A stretch of DNA of 64,000 nt, from NCBI GenBank assembly GCA_050251875.1, contig JBFWMA010000004.1, forward strand, positions 230,071 through 294,070, written 5' to 3'. Origin of the DNA: Deferribacterales bacterium (GTDB lineage Bacteria > Chrysiogenota > Deferribacteres > Deferribacterales > Geovibrionaceae). Both the position numbers and the translations under genes were made by a program. This document shows, in pieces, positions 25,964-34,835 of this stretch; the stretch's first letter is position 1; the number at the start of each line of letters is the position of its first letter. The notes beneath the pieces were generated by a model. That model saw only the letters and a list, made by a program, of their open reading frames with translations. It was not told where the DNA came from and made no database searches.

Positions 25964-27638
25964 CGCCGGCGCCTTTCAGCGGCAGAAGGATCTCAGCCCG
26001 GGTAAATTCGCCGTCATTGCACGAGACGGTGACCCCGAAACCTTCACCGCAGGAGGTTTTTATGCGTTTATCCACGCTGTTCATGCCTATTCCCGCCCCG
26101 CTTACGCCGTTTTCGCAGAATTTTCCGGCGTTGTCCTCAACGGTTATCACGCATTTTCCGTCCCGTTCTTTGGCGGATATCTTTATGATACCCTCGCCCA
26201 GCAGGTTGGATATGCCGTGTTTTATGGCGTTTTCCACTATGGGCTGGAGCGCGAAGGCGGGGATGCAGTTGCTCTTCAGCCTGTCTTCTATATCGAAGCT
26301 GACTTTCAGTCTGTCGCTGAATCTCGCTTCCTCTATTATAAGATATGAGCGGACATGCTCTATCTCGTCTGCCAGAGTGGATATTTCCGATGACCGCTTC
26401 AGGTTGTTTCTGAAAAAAGATGAAAGATGCTGAATCAGCTCCCTTGCCTTGTCCGGGTCGGAGCGCAGGACAGAGCCGATGGTGTTGAGAGTATTGAAGA
26501 GGAAGTGGGGGTTCACCTGAGCCTGAATCAGCTTCAGCTCGGCTTCTGTCAGCAGATTTTTCTGCATCTCATATTTCGCCATCAGAAGCTGGGTGGAGAG
26601 TATTTCGGCTATTCCCTCTCCGAAAGACTGGTTAAATCCGAGAAAGCGCCTGTTTTTCGGCTCATACATCTTTATGGTGCCTATGACCTCGTTTTCCATG
26701 ATGAGCGGCACGATGAGGGCTGAGCCCAGAGGACAGTTCTCTTTTATGCTGCAAACGTAATGCTCGTTTATTCCGTCCAGAAAGATTACTCTGCCCATAG
26801 TCACGGATTCGAGAGTTTTTTCAGACGATATGGGACTTTTCGGGCGGTGGTGATCCGCTCCTATGCCTTCGAAGGCGAGAACGTGGGTTTTGTCCGTGAT
26901 GGCTACCGCTCCCACGCCTGTTTCGCTCAGGATGACTTCAGCCAGTTTTTTAGCGGATTTTTCATTAAGCCCTTCCGGAAGGATGGTGAGGGTTTTGTTG
27001 GCGATATTCAGCGCCTTTCTGGAGAACTCCGCTCCATAGCTTTCTATGGTGTTTTTGCTGTCTTTCAGGATGCTGACGAAGAGCCCGGCGCCTATGGAGT
27101 TCGCCGTTATCATGGGGAAGGCGATGACCTTTACAAGAGCCCATGCGTCATGGTATGGTCTTGATACTGCAACGATAATTATCATCTGGACTATTTCGCT
27201 CACCATGGTGGTGAACATGGCGGTTTTGAAGCTGAATGTCATCTCCTGTCTGTTCTTCTTACGCAGATAGAGCCAGACCAGACCGCCTATGAGACCTTCC
27301 GCCGTGGTGGATATCCCGCAGGACGCTGCCGTGAATCCGCCCAGCATATATCTGTGCAGACCGCCTGTCATGCCCACCGCTAGCCCCATGTAAGGACCGG
27401 CGAGCAGACCCGCCATGACAGCGCCTATGGCACGGGTGTTGGCTATGGCTCCGCCCACAGGCAGACCCAGATATGTCCCCAGAATGGTGATGCCGGAGAA
27501 AAATATATAGATGACAAATATATCCCGTGATCCGAACCCGCCCTTTATCAGGGGGCGGAAAGCGGGGGTTTTGCTGTACAGATATGCCGCGACCGCAAAG
27601 ACGGACATCTCCTGTATCAGGGTGAAAAGTATGTTCAT
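25956..27638 (-). CDS. btsS: LytS-family sensor kinase (BtsS/YehU-like)
   Basis: 5TM-LytS IANTRAIG..GGLHR, GAF, QAQVNPHFLFN, LQPIVENAIKHG. Confidence 0.87.
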   Translation of the reverse strand: MNILFTLIQEMSVFAVAAYLYSKTPAFRPLIKGGFGSRDIFVIYIFFSGITILGTYLGLPVGGAIANTRAIGAVMAGLLAGPYMGLAVGMTGGLHRYMLGGFTAASCGISTTAEGLIGGLVWLYLRKKNRQEMTFSFKTAMFTTMVSEIVQMIIIVAVSRPYHDAWALVKVIAFPMITANSIGAGLFVSILKDSKNTIESYGAEFSRKALNIANKTLTILPEGLNEKSAKKLAEVILSETGVGAVAITDKTHVLAFEGIGADHHRPKSPISSEKTLESVTMGRVIFLDGINEHYVCSIKENCPLGSALIVPLIMENEVIGTIKMYEPKNRRFLGFNQSFGEGIAEILSTQLLMAKYEMQKNLLTEAELKLIQAQVNPHFLFNTLNTIGSVLRSDPDKARELIQHLSSFFRNNLKRSSEISTLADEIEHVRSYLIIEEARFSDRLKVSFDIEDRLKSNCIPAFALQPIVENAIKHGISNLLGEGIIKISAKERDGKCVITVEDNAGKFCENGVSGAGIGMNSVDKRIKTSCGEGFGVTVSCNDGEFTRAEILLPLKGAGDV

Positions 27639-27858
27639 GGGGTATGATAATCCAAGAGTTTTGTATTATCAATAGCTATGAAATTTTAGAACTGTTTTTT
27701 TGTTATGATATTCTATATGGGTTATTAACGATGTAAATAGGGTGGTTTAAAAAAGTCCTGTTTGCTGTTTTTATAACATAGTTTAACTTTTTTATTATGA
27801 ACAGCCATTCTTCTGCAATAGGCTATGCTGGCAGAAAATTAACATTTCTTATATGTAT

Positions 27859-27870
27859 ATTGTATACAAT
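27859..27870. promoter_or_regulatory. Palindromic operator upstream of sdhC
   Basis: Perfect 12-bp palindrome ATTGTATACAAT next to TTGACA (27875-27880). Confidence 0.5.
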
Positions 27871-27960
27871 CTGGTTGACATGCGAAAGCTATTATGATAA
27901 CAACAGTAATTGAGATTTTAACAGTGTTTGTATCTTAAAAACTTTTTTCAGGAGTGTAAG

Positions 27961-28317
27961 ATGCCGAGGAAAGACCTTGTAACCTACCCTAAAAAGACAG
28001 GGTATCGCAAACACCCCGGAATGGTAGCATGGCTTCTTCACCGTGGCACAGGTGTGTATATCGGACTTTTTCTGATACTTCATATCCTGGGCGTATCCGG
28101 TGTTGTTGCGCCGTTTCTGGCTGTGACACAGCTTTCTATAGTGAAAGCGCTTTTTCTTGCCGGTTTCTCTTTTCACGCTTTTAACGGCGTGCGTATAGTG
28201 CTGATGGAGTTCGGCGCTGCCGCAGAGAGAGAATCTTTCAAGAAATACTTTATGGCTGTAGTGTTTCTGACACTTGTAATAACAGTTATCGGAATTATTC
28301 CGATATTCGCGGCGTAA
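27961..28317 (+). CDS. sdhC: Succinate dehydrogenase cytochrome b subunit
   Basis: WLLHRGTG, HAFNGVRI, three TMs. Confidence 0.9.
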   Translation: MPRKDLVTYPKKTGYRKHPGMVAWLLHRGTGVYIGLFLILHILGVSGVVAPFLAVTQLSIVKALFLAGFSFHAFNGVRIVLMEFGAAAERESFKKYFMAVVFLTLVITVIGIIPIFAA

Positions 28318-28332
28318 GGGGGAACATATTCT

Positions 28333-28641
28333 ATGAAAACTTATAAGTATATGGGAACCGGCGACGCTGGAACAATCGGTTGGATTATGCAGAGAGTGTC
28401 AGGTATCATCCTGATCCTCGTGATTTTCGTACACTTTTTCTCCATGATTAAGGGCGGAGCTGCAGGCATGATGCAGATCGTAGTGGGACCTATCACCGCT
28501 TTCGGCGTGTTCCACACATTTAACGGCTTTAAGATGATCACAGATGATTATGTCGCCAGCGCAGGCTGGAGAGGCGTGATATACGGCATCTACTGGGTGC
28601 TGGGTATCTCTCTTGTGATTCTTGCTGTTAAAGTAATGTAA
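28333..28641 (+). CDS. sdhD: Succinate dehydrogenase membrane anchor
   Basis: WIMQRVSG, HTFNG..ITDDY. Confidence 0.88.
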   Translation: MKTYKYMGTGDAGTIGWIMQRVSGIILILVIFVHFFSMIKGGAAGMMQIVVGPITAFGVFHTFNGFKMITDDYVASAGWRGVIYGIYWVLGISLVILAVKVM

Positions 28642-28658
28642 TACAGGAGTTATAAGGT

Positions 28659-30428
28659 ATGTCAGTAAAAATAGAATATCACAAGTTTGACGTGGTTGTT
28701 GTCGGTGCTGGCGGGGCTGGTCTTAACGCCGCTCAGGTTGCATCACAATACTGCAAAACCGCTGTTGTATCAGAAGTCTATCCTACAAGAAGCCACACTA
28801 TCTCCGCTCAGGGCGGTATCTCTGCGGCTCTTGGTAACCTTGAGGAAGATCACTGGCACTGGCACATGTACGACACAGTAAAAGGTTCAGACTACCTCTG
28901 CGACCAGGATGCTGCTGAATACATGACAAAACAGGCGCCCGAGATGATCATCGCTCTCGAGCACATCGGACTTCCCTTCTCCAGAACACCCGAAGGAAAA
29001 ATCGCTCAGCGTCCTTTCGGCGGTCACACCGCTGAGTTCGGAAAAAGAGCTGTTAAAAGAGCCTGCTACGCCGCAGACCGTACAGGTCACGCTATGCTCC
29101 AGACTCTTTATGAAAAATCAGTAGCTCAGGGAACTCACTTCTACAGCGAGTTTTACGCTCTTGAACTTCTGACTAACGAAGGCGCTGTAAACGGCGTACT
29201 CTGCTATGACATCCAGTCCGGCGAGCTGCACGTTTTCAACGCTAAAGCGATAGTTTTCGCCACAGGCGGTAACTGCCGTATATTCCAGACAAACTCTAAC
29301 GCTCACATCAACACAGGTGACGGTCTTGCTCTCGCTCTGAGAAAAGGCTACTCATGGTCTGATGCTGAGTTCTTCCAGTTTCACCCGACAGGCATCTACG
29401 GTGCGGGCAACCTGATCACCGAAGGTGTTAGGGGTGAGGGCGGTATCCTTCTGAACGCTCAGGGCGAGCGCTTCATGGAGAGATATGCTCCTACTATTAA
29501 AGACCTTGCGCCCAGAGACATCGTTTCCCGTTCAATGACTCTTGAAGTTCTTGAGGGAAGAGGTGTTGGTCCCATGAAAGACCACACACTTCTTAAAATC
29601 GATCACATCGGCGCGGCTAACATTATGGAAAAACTTCCCGGTATTCACGAGCTTGCTCTTGTTTTCGCCGGTGTTGACTGTACAAAAGAGCCTATCCCTG
29701 TTAACCCCACCGCTCACTATCAGAACGGCGGTATCCCCACTGGTTACCTTTCACAGGTTATCAAAGGAAACATGGATAAAGAAGAGTTCGTTCCCGGATT
29801 CTTCGCTGCGGGCGAGTGCGCTTCCGCATCTGTTCACGGTGCCAACAGACTTGGTACTAACTCACTTCTCGACCTTGTTGTATTCGGCCGTACAGCAGGT
29901 GAGCAGGCCGCTAAATACGCTGCCCAGAACTCACTTGTTCCGCTGGCTGAGAACGCTGGTCAGGAAGGTCTTGGTTTCCTCAACAAATATGCTAACGCTA
30001 ACGGTAAATACACCTTCGGCGAGATATGGGGCGAACTGACAAGAACAATGCAGACTAAAATGGGCGTGTTCAGAACAGATAAACTCATGAAAGAGTGCTA
30101 TGCTACTCTTCTTGAGCTTGAGGCTAAAATGGATGACTACCGTGTTAACGATAAATCTTCCGTTTACAACCTTGACCTTATCGAGGCTCTCGAGCTGAAC
30201 AACATGATTCTTGTTGCTAAGGCTTGTACACAGGCTGCTCTCCTCAGAAAAGAATCTCGCGGCGGTCACTTCCGTGACGACTACCCCGACAGAGATGACG
30301 CTAACTTCCTGAAACACACAGAAGTGTATCTGGAAGAAGACGGCAAAACTCCGAGAGTGGACTACAGAAACGTTCGTCTGAAACCTCTGACTGTAGAAAC
30401 ATTCCCGCCTAAACCTAGGGTTTATTAA
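28659..30428 (+). CDS. sdhA: Succinate dehydrogenase flavoprotein
   Basis: GAGGAG, RSHTISAQGG, QFHPTG, HGANRLG. Confidence 0.97.
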   Translation: MSVKIEYHKFDVVVVGAGGAGLNAAQVASQYCKTAVVSEVYPTRSHTISAQGGISAALGNLEEDHWHWHMYDTVKGSDYLCDQDAAEYMTKQAPEMIIALEHIGLPFSRTPEGKIAQRPFGGHTAEFGKRAVKRACYAADRTGHAMLQTLYEKSVAQGTHFYSEFYALELLTNEGAVNGVLCYDIQSGELHVFNAKAIVFATGGNCRIFQTNSNAHINTGDGLALALRKGYSWSDAEFFQFHPTGIYGAGNLITEGVRGEGGILLNAQGERFMERYAPTIKDLAPRDIVSRSMTLEVLEGRGVGPMKDHTLLKIDHIGAANIMEKLPGIHELALVFAGVDCTKEPIPVNPTAHYQNGGIPTGYLSQVIKGNMDKEEFVPGFFAAGECASASVHGANRLGTNSLLDLVVFGRTAGEQAAKYAAQNSLVPLAENAGQEGLGFLNKYANANGKYTFGEIWGELTRTMQTKMGVFRTDKLMKECYATLLELEAKMDDYRVNDKSSVYNLDLIEALELNNMILVAKACTQAALLRKESRGGHFRDDYPDRDDANFLKHTEVYLEEDGKTPRVDYRNVRLKPLTVETFPPKPRVY

Positions 30429-30445
30429 GGGGAGGATGAAGAAAT

Positions 30446-31153
30446 ATGAATACAGTAACATTTGAAATATTCAGATACGACCCTGACAAAGATAAAGAGC
30501 CCTACTATCAGACATATCAGGTTGAAATGAGAAGACCCGGATACCTGATGCTGGACGCTCTGAACCAGATCAAATGGGAGCAGGACCCCACTCTGACATA
30601 CCGCCGCTCATGCCGTGAGGGCGTATGCGGATCTGACGGTCTGAATGTTAACGGCGTTAACATGCTTTCATGTATGACAAAGGTAGAAGACCTCGGCTCT
30701 GACCACATAGTTGTTCAGCCCCTTCCCGGCATGAACGTTATGAGAGACCTGGTTGTTGACGTTGATGATTTCTTCGCGAAATTCATCACTGTTAAACCTT
30801 ACCTTATCAGACACACACCTAACCCTGATAAAGAGATTTATCAGTCACCCGAAGACCGTAAAAAACTTGACGGTCTGTATGAGTGTATCGCATGCGGATG
30901 CTGTTCATCATCATGCCCCTCTTACTGGGCTGACAAAAAATATCTCGGACCCAACGCTTTTCTCCGCGCCTGGAGATATATCGTTGACTCAAGGGACGAG
31001 GGAGCTGATGAGCGTCTGCCTATCCTGAACGATAAGCACGGTGTATGGAGATGCCACACTATCTACAACTGCGTAGAGGCATGCCCGAAAGAGCTGAACC
31101 CCACCGAAGCTATCATGAACATCAGAAAACTTCTTCTGGAAAACCAGGTTTAA
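30446..31153 (+). CDS. sdhB: Succinate dehydrogenase iron-sulfur subunit
   Basis: SCREGVCGSD, CIACGCCSSSCP, CHTIYNCVEACP. Confidence 0.97.
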   Translation: MNTVTFEIFRYDPDKDKEPYYQTYQVEMRRPGYLMLDALNQIKWEQDPTLTYRRSCREGVCGSDGLNVNGVNMLSCMTKVEDLGSDHIVVQPLPGMNVMRDLVVDVDDFFAKFITVKPYLIRHTPNPDKEIYQSPEDRKKLDGLYECIACGCCSSSCPSYWADKKYLGPNAFLRAWRYIVDSRDEGADERLPILNDKHGVWRCHTIYNCVEACPKELNPTEAIMNIRKLLLENQV

Positions 31154-31178
31154 TCCTCTTTCCGGCAGAACAGATATT

Positions 31179-31208
31179 AAAAGGCGGTCTTATGACCGCC
31201 TTTTTTAT
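31179..31208 (+). terminator. Intrinsic terminator of the sdh operon
   Basis: AAAAGGCGGTCTTATGACCGCCTTTTTT, identical to 14661-14688. Confidence 0.8.
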
Positions 31209-31225
31209 TGAACAGACTTGCGAAT

Positions 31226-31890
31226 GAGATTGCCACGCCGATTTCATCGGCTCGCAATGACAGAAGCATTTAGGCATTACAGTGAGCTCTAAGCAGAAAT
31301 GGAAGTGTCATTGCGAGGAGCTTTAGGGACGAAGCAATCTCATGCATACATTTGCGAAAATTCATCCATCCATGGAGAATTTTCGATACCGTTTCATTCG
31401 GCAAAGCCTCATTTCACTCACGTTACGTTCGTTCACCCAAACAAGTTTGTCTTCGCTCACTCCACGGACTTCATCCGTGAAGTCATGTTTTTTGGTTTGC
31501 ATCTGGACAGAAATGGAAGTGTCATTGCGAGGAGCTTTAGTGACGAAGCAATCTCATGCATACATCTGCGAAAATTCATCCATCCATGGAGAATTTTCGA
31601 TACCGTTTCATTCGGCAAAGCCTCATTTCACTCACGTTACGTTCGTTCACCCAAACAAGTTTGTCTTCGCTCACTCCACGGACTTCATCCGTGAAGTATA
31701 TTTCTGCCCATATGCTTCGCATTACTGCGTCAGCCTGTCGCTCACTCGCAACACGTACGTGTTAGTACGCTTTTGCTCGATTCGCTCAGCCTTCCTTGTA
31801 CTGTTCGCAGCTGAACAGAAATGGAAGCGTCATTGCGAGGAACTTTAGTGACGAAGCAATCTCATGCATACATTTGCGAAAATTCATTTA
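31226..31890. repeat. Composite repeat cluster: GTCATTGCGAG..GCAATCTC REP-like units (4 copies) interleaved with family A elements
   Basis: 190-bp direct repeat 31294-31483 / 31508-31697 (2 mismatches), third partial copy from 31816, inverted REP unit at 31226-31261. Confidence 0.9.
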
Positions 31891-32021
31891 TGAAGACAAA
31901 TCTGCCCAAATATATCACATGACTGTGTCATCAGTCGTATTTGACAGAACAAAATCCGATAATCCTTGTCAACTAATAGTTCCTATGTGTATAATCCGCA
32001 AAAATCTATGAGGTGTTTTAT

Positions 32022-32774
32022 ATGGAGTGGCTTTCAGACCCTTCGCAGTGGTTCGCTTTCGCTATTCTGCTCCTGCTGGAAATAGTTCTGGGGATAGACA
32101 ATATCATCTTCATCAGCGTGCTCACCAACAAGGTGGCGGAGGAGAAGAGGGCAAAACTCCGGAGCATCGGGCTAAGCCTCGCTATGATAATGCGTATAGT
32201 TCTGGTGATGGGCATCTCATGGGTCATAGGGCTCACAGAGCCTGTGTTCACGGCTTTTGAGAGAGCTATTTCATGGAAAGACATAATACTTCTGGTGGGA
32301 GGTCTGTTTCTGATGGCCAAGAGCACCATGGAGATACACCACTCGGTGGAAGATGCCCATGAGGACGCAAAGGACGTAAAAGTCGGCAAGGGCAGTCTGG
32401 GTATAGTTATCCAGATACTGATGCTCGACCTTGTATTTTCGGTGGATTCCGTAATCACAGCCGTGGGTATGGTGAAATATGTGTCCATGATGGTGGCGGT
32501 AATCATCATCTCTGTCGCCGTAATGATGTTCACCAGCAAATATATAGCAGAATTCATAGAAGAACACCCCACGTTCAAGATGCTGGCGCTCAGCTTCCTC
32601 CTGCTCATCGGTATGAGCCTGATGGGCGAAGGTCTGCATTTTCACATACCTAAAGGCTATCTGTATTTCGCCATTACTTTTTCTATTGTGGTTGAGATAC
32701 TTAATACAAAGATGCGCAAGAAACATCAGCAGAGTCTGCTCCTGAGAGCTCCTGCCGTATCTAAGGAAGATTAA
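32022..32774 (+). CDS. TerC family membrane protein
   Basis: LEIVLGIDN, DLVFSVDSVITAVG, IPKGYLY. Confidence 0.93.
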   Translation: MEWLSDPSQWFAFAILLLLEIVLGIDNIIFISVLTNKVAEEKRAKLRSIGLSLAMIMRIVLVMGISWVIGLTEPVFTAFERAISWKDIILLVGGLFLMAKSTMEIHHSVEDAHEDAKDVKVGKGSLGIVIQILMLDLVFSVDSVITAVGMVKYVSMMVAVIIISVAVMMFTSKYIAEFIEEHPTFKMLALSFLLLIGMSLMGEGLHFHIPKGYLYFAITFSIVVEILNTKMRKKHQQSLLLRAPAVSKED

Positions 32775-33396
32775 ATTCGAGGAAAGGCGGTGGAGACATC
32801 GCCTTATCTTTTACCGCTATTACGCAGACGTGTTTTTCCGGGAGCTGATCCAGCTCCAGATGTCTGACAGTCAGCCCGCATTCAATCAGAATCTGAAGAT
32901 TGGCGTTGATGCCTATAGAGCTGTAGTAGAAGGGGATTTCCTGCATGGTGTCCGTGTGCTCGCCTATGTCGTCACCCAGAGTATATATCAGCACTCCGCC
33001 GGGAGCCAGCAGTCTGCACATCTTCTGAAGCGCTATTTTGTGGGCGCTGAGAGGCAGATGAAAAATACTGTCCCATGCCGTTATCAGGTCAAATGTCATA
33101 TCCGTTTCAAATTCGCAAATATCCTGAACAAAAAAATAGTGATTAGGATGGTTGGCGGTGGCGATTCTGATCATTTCGTCAGAGAGATCGATCCCTGTCA
33201 CCTTGAACCCGTGTTTTTCCATGACACGGATGAACCGCCCGCCGGAACCGCATCCCGCGTCCAGAGCGGTAGATTTGTCACCGCAGAATGATATGGCTTT
33301 TTCCAGCATGGATACGCCGTATTCAGACGTATTGTGGAGGCTGTGCCACCATTCAGCCAGTTTGTTGTAGTTCGATCCTGTGATGATGGGGAGCAT
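32761..33396 (-). CDS. Class I SAM-dependent methyltransferase
   Basis: LDAGCGSG, GIDLS, LAPGG. Likely start ATG 33396 overlapping the upstream stop. Confidence 0.88.
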   Translation of the reverse strand: MLPIITGSNYNKLAEWWHSLHNTSEYGVSMLEKAISFCGDKSTALDAGCGSGGRFIRVMEKHGFKVTGIDLSDEMIRIATANHPNHYFFVQDICEFETDMTFDLITAWDSIFHLPLSAHKIALQKMCRLLAPGGVLIYTLGDDIGEHTDTMQEIPFYYSSIGINANLQILIECGLTVRHLELDQLPEKHVCVIAVKDKAMSPPPFLEFNLP

Positions 33397-34835
33397 CAGA
33401 ATTCTATGACGAAGCTGATGCCTTCGCTGTCTTTTCTGAGCGACATGATACCGCCGTGTTTTTCTACTATCACGTTGGTGATTACTATGCCCCAGTAATC
33501 GAAGCTCTGTGAAAGAACCTGATGGTTCCACGGCTGGAGCATGGTTTCCAGAATGGCGGAGGATACGTCCACTCCATAGAGTCTGAGGATGACGCAGAAC
33601 CTGCCGTTAACGCTCTCTGTGCGCAGTTTGAAGTTCAGAGGGGCGTATTCGTCAAAATATCTGATGGAGTCTTTCAGCATGTAGCAGAGAGCCATCTTCA
33701 GAAACATTTTGCTGGCATGTATCTCATATCCTTTTTTATGATTGAATTCAGTTGTAAGAGTGTATTGGTCTGTGAAATAAAAGAGAAAAGCTGAGAAATT
33801 CTTTGAAAATGTTTTGTCCGCAAGCTCTTTGGCGGTGTCGGATATAAACTCCGCTATGTCCACTGTGTCTTCCAGACGCATGGATATAGCGTTGGTGTAA
33901 TCGTTGTACCCGGTGACTATCTCTTCGATCAGCCTGCATTTGTGTTCTATAACATTCCACTTCTGCTCCTGCTGCTCATTCAGAGATGTCTCCGAGCGAA
34001 TCTTTCGCAAAAATCCTGCCGCCACTGTCAGAGCGTTCAGAATATTGTGCGACAGGTGTCTGGAAAATCCGGCGACTATCGCCTTCTCTTCCAGCTTTTT
34101 CATATGCTGCTCTATCAGCAGTTTCTTGCTGATATCCTCAAAAATTATCTCATAATGAGGGACAGAATTCTTTATTTCGGTCATATAGGCGTTGATGGTG
34201 ATGTAGGCTCCGTTCTCCACCTTCAGCCTGACCTGAACGTTTGATGTCTTTTCGGTATGCACCAGAGATATGGTCTCTTTGAACTTTTCCAGATCATCCG
34301 GATGTATCATTGAGAGGAAATTTATTCCGGCGGTTTTGTCGTGAGCATATCCGGTGGTGTCGGAGAACTTCATATTCGCATAGGTGATTATGTAGTCCTC
34401 GCTCAGCTCCACTATGCTCTCTCCGGCTGAGTTGATGATATTTTCCAGCTTGTTTTTAAGAAATTCGATCTGATGGTTTTTGTTGTCGATGAGGTTATAG
34501 AGCTCCACCAGACCTTTGTTCGCTTCTGAAAGCAGGGCGTTCTGCTCCTGAAGAAAGCTGATCTTGTCTATTCTGGGCGATATGGAATATGTCTTCACAA
34601 TGAGCTTCACATAGTCCAGCATTGCCTCGGGTGTGTGGTTTGTGGGGATGGCGACATGGTTTTCAGGCACGTTGTCGCTGATGATGATATTGAGCTTGTT
34701 CTCTTTGAGCACATCGATATTGTCAGTGACGACTATATCGGCTTCGTTTGCGTCACCGGTTATGCTGAAACATTCATTAAGAAGTTTGTCCAGCTCCGGA
34801 TATTTATAGAGCCGTTTATAAACTGCGGCTTTCAA
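33396..34835 (-). CDS. PAS-domain histidine kinase-like protein with degenerate ATPase domain
   Basis: PAS (IHPDD) and H-box-like SHNILNAL, but no recognisable N/G1/G2 boxes. Confidence 0.75.
   Translation of the reverse strand: MKAAVYKRLYKYPELDKLLNECFSITGDANEADIVVTDNIDVLKENKLNIIISDNVPENHVAIPTNHTPEAMLDYVKLIVKTYSISPRIDKISFLQEQNALLSEANKGLVELYNLIDNKNHQIEFLKNKLENIINSAGESIVELSEDYIITYANMKFSDTTGYAHDKTAGINFLSMIHPDDLEKFKETISLVHTEKTSNVQVRLKVENGAYITINAYMTEIKNSVPHYEIIFEDISKKLLIEQHMKKLEEKAIVAGFSRHLSHNILNALTVAAGFLRKIRSETSLNEQQEQKWNVIEHKCRLIEEIVTGYNDYTNAISMRLEDTVDIAEFISDTAKELADKTFSKNFSAFLFYFTDQYTLTTEFNHKKGYEIHASKMFLKMALCYMLKDSIRYFDEYAPLNFKLRTESVNGRFCVILRLYGVDVSSAILETMLQPWNHQVLSQSFDYWGIVITNVIVEKHGGIMSLRKDSEGISFVIEF

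Noticed and set aside
31299..32011. ORFs within the repeat cluster (also 20391-20603 and 5599-5958)
   Set aside because: Translations of non-coding palindromic repeats, with duplicated peptides and no coding signals.
31890..32021. yybP-ykoY manganese riboswitch upstream of terC
   Set aside because: A TATAAT at 31990 leaves too short a leader, and I see no aptamer motif.
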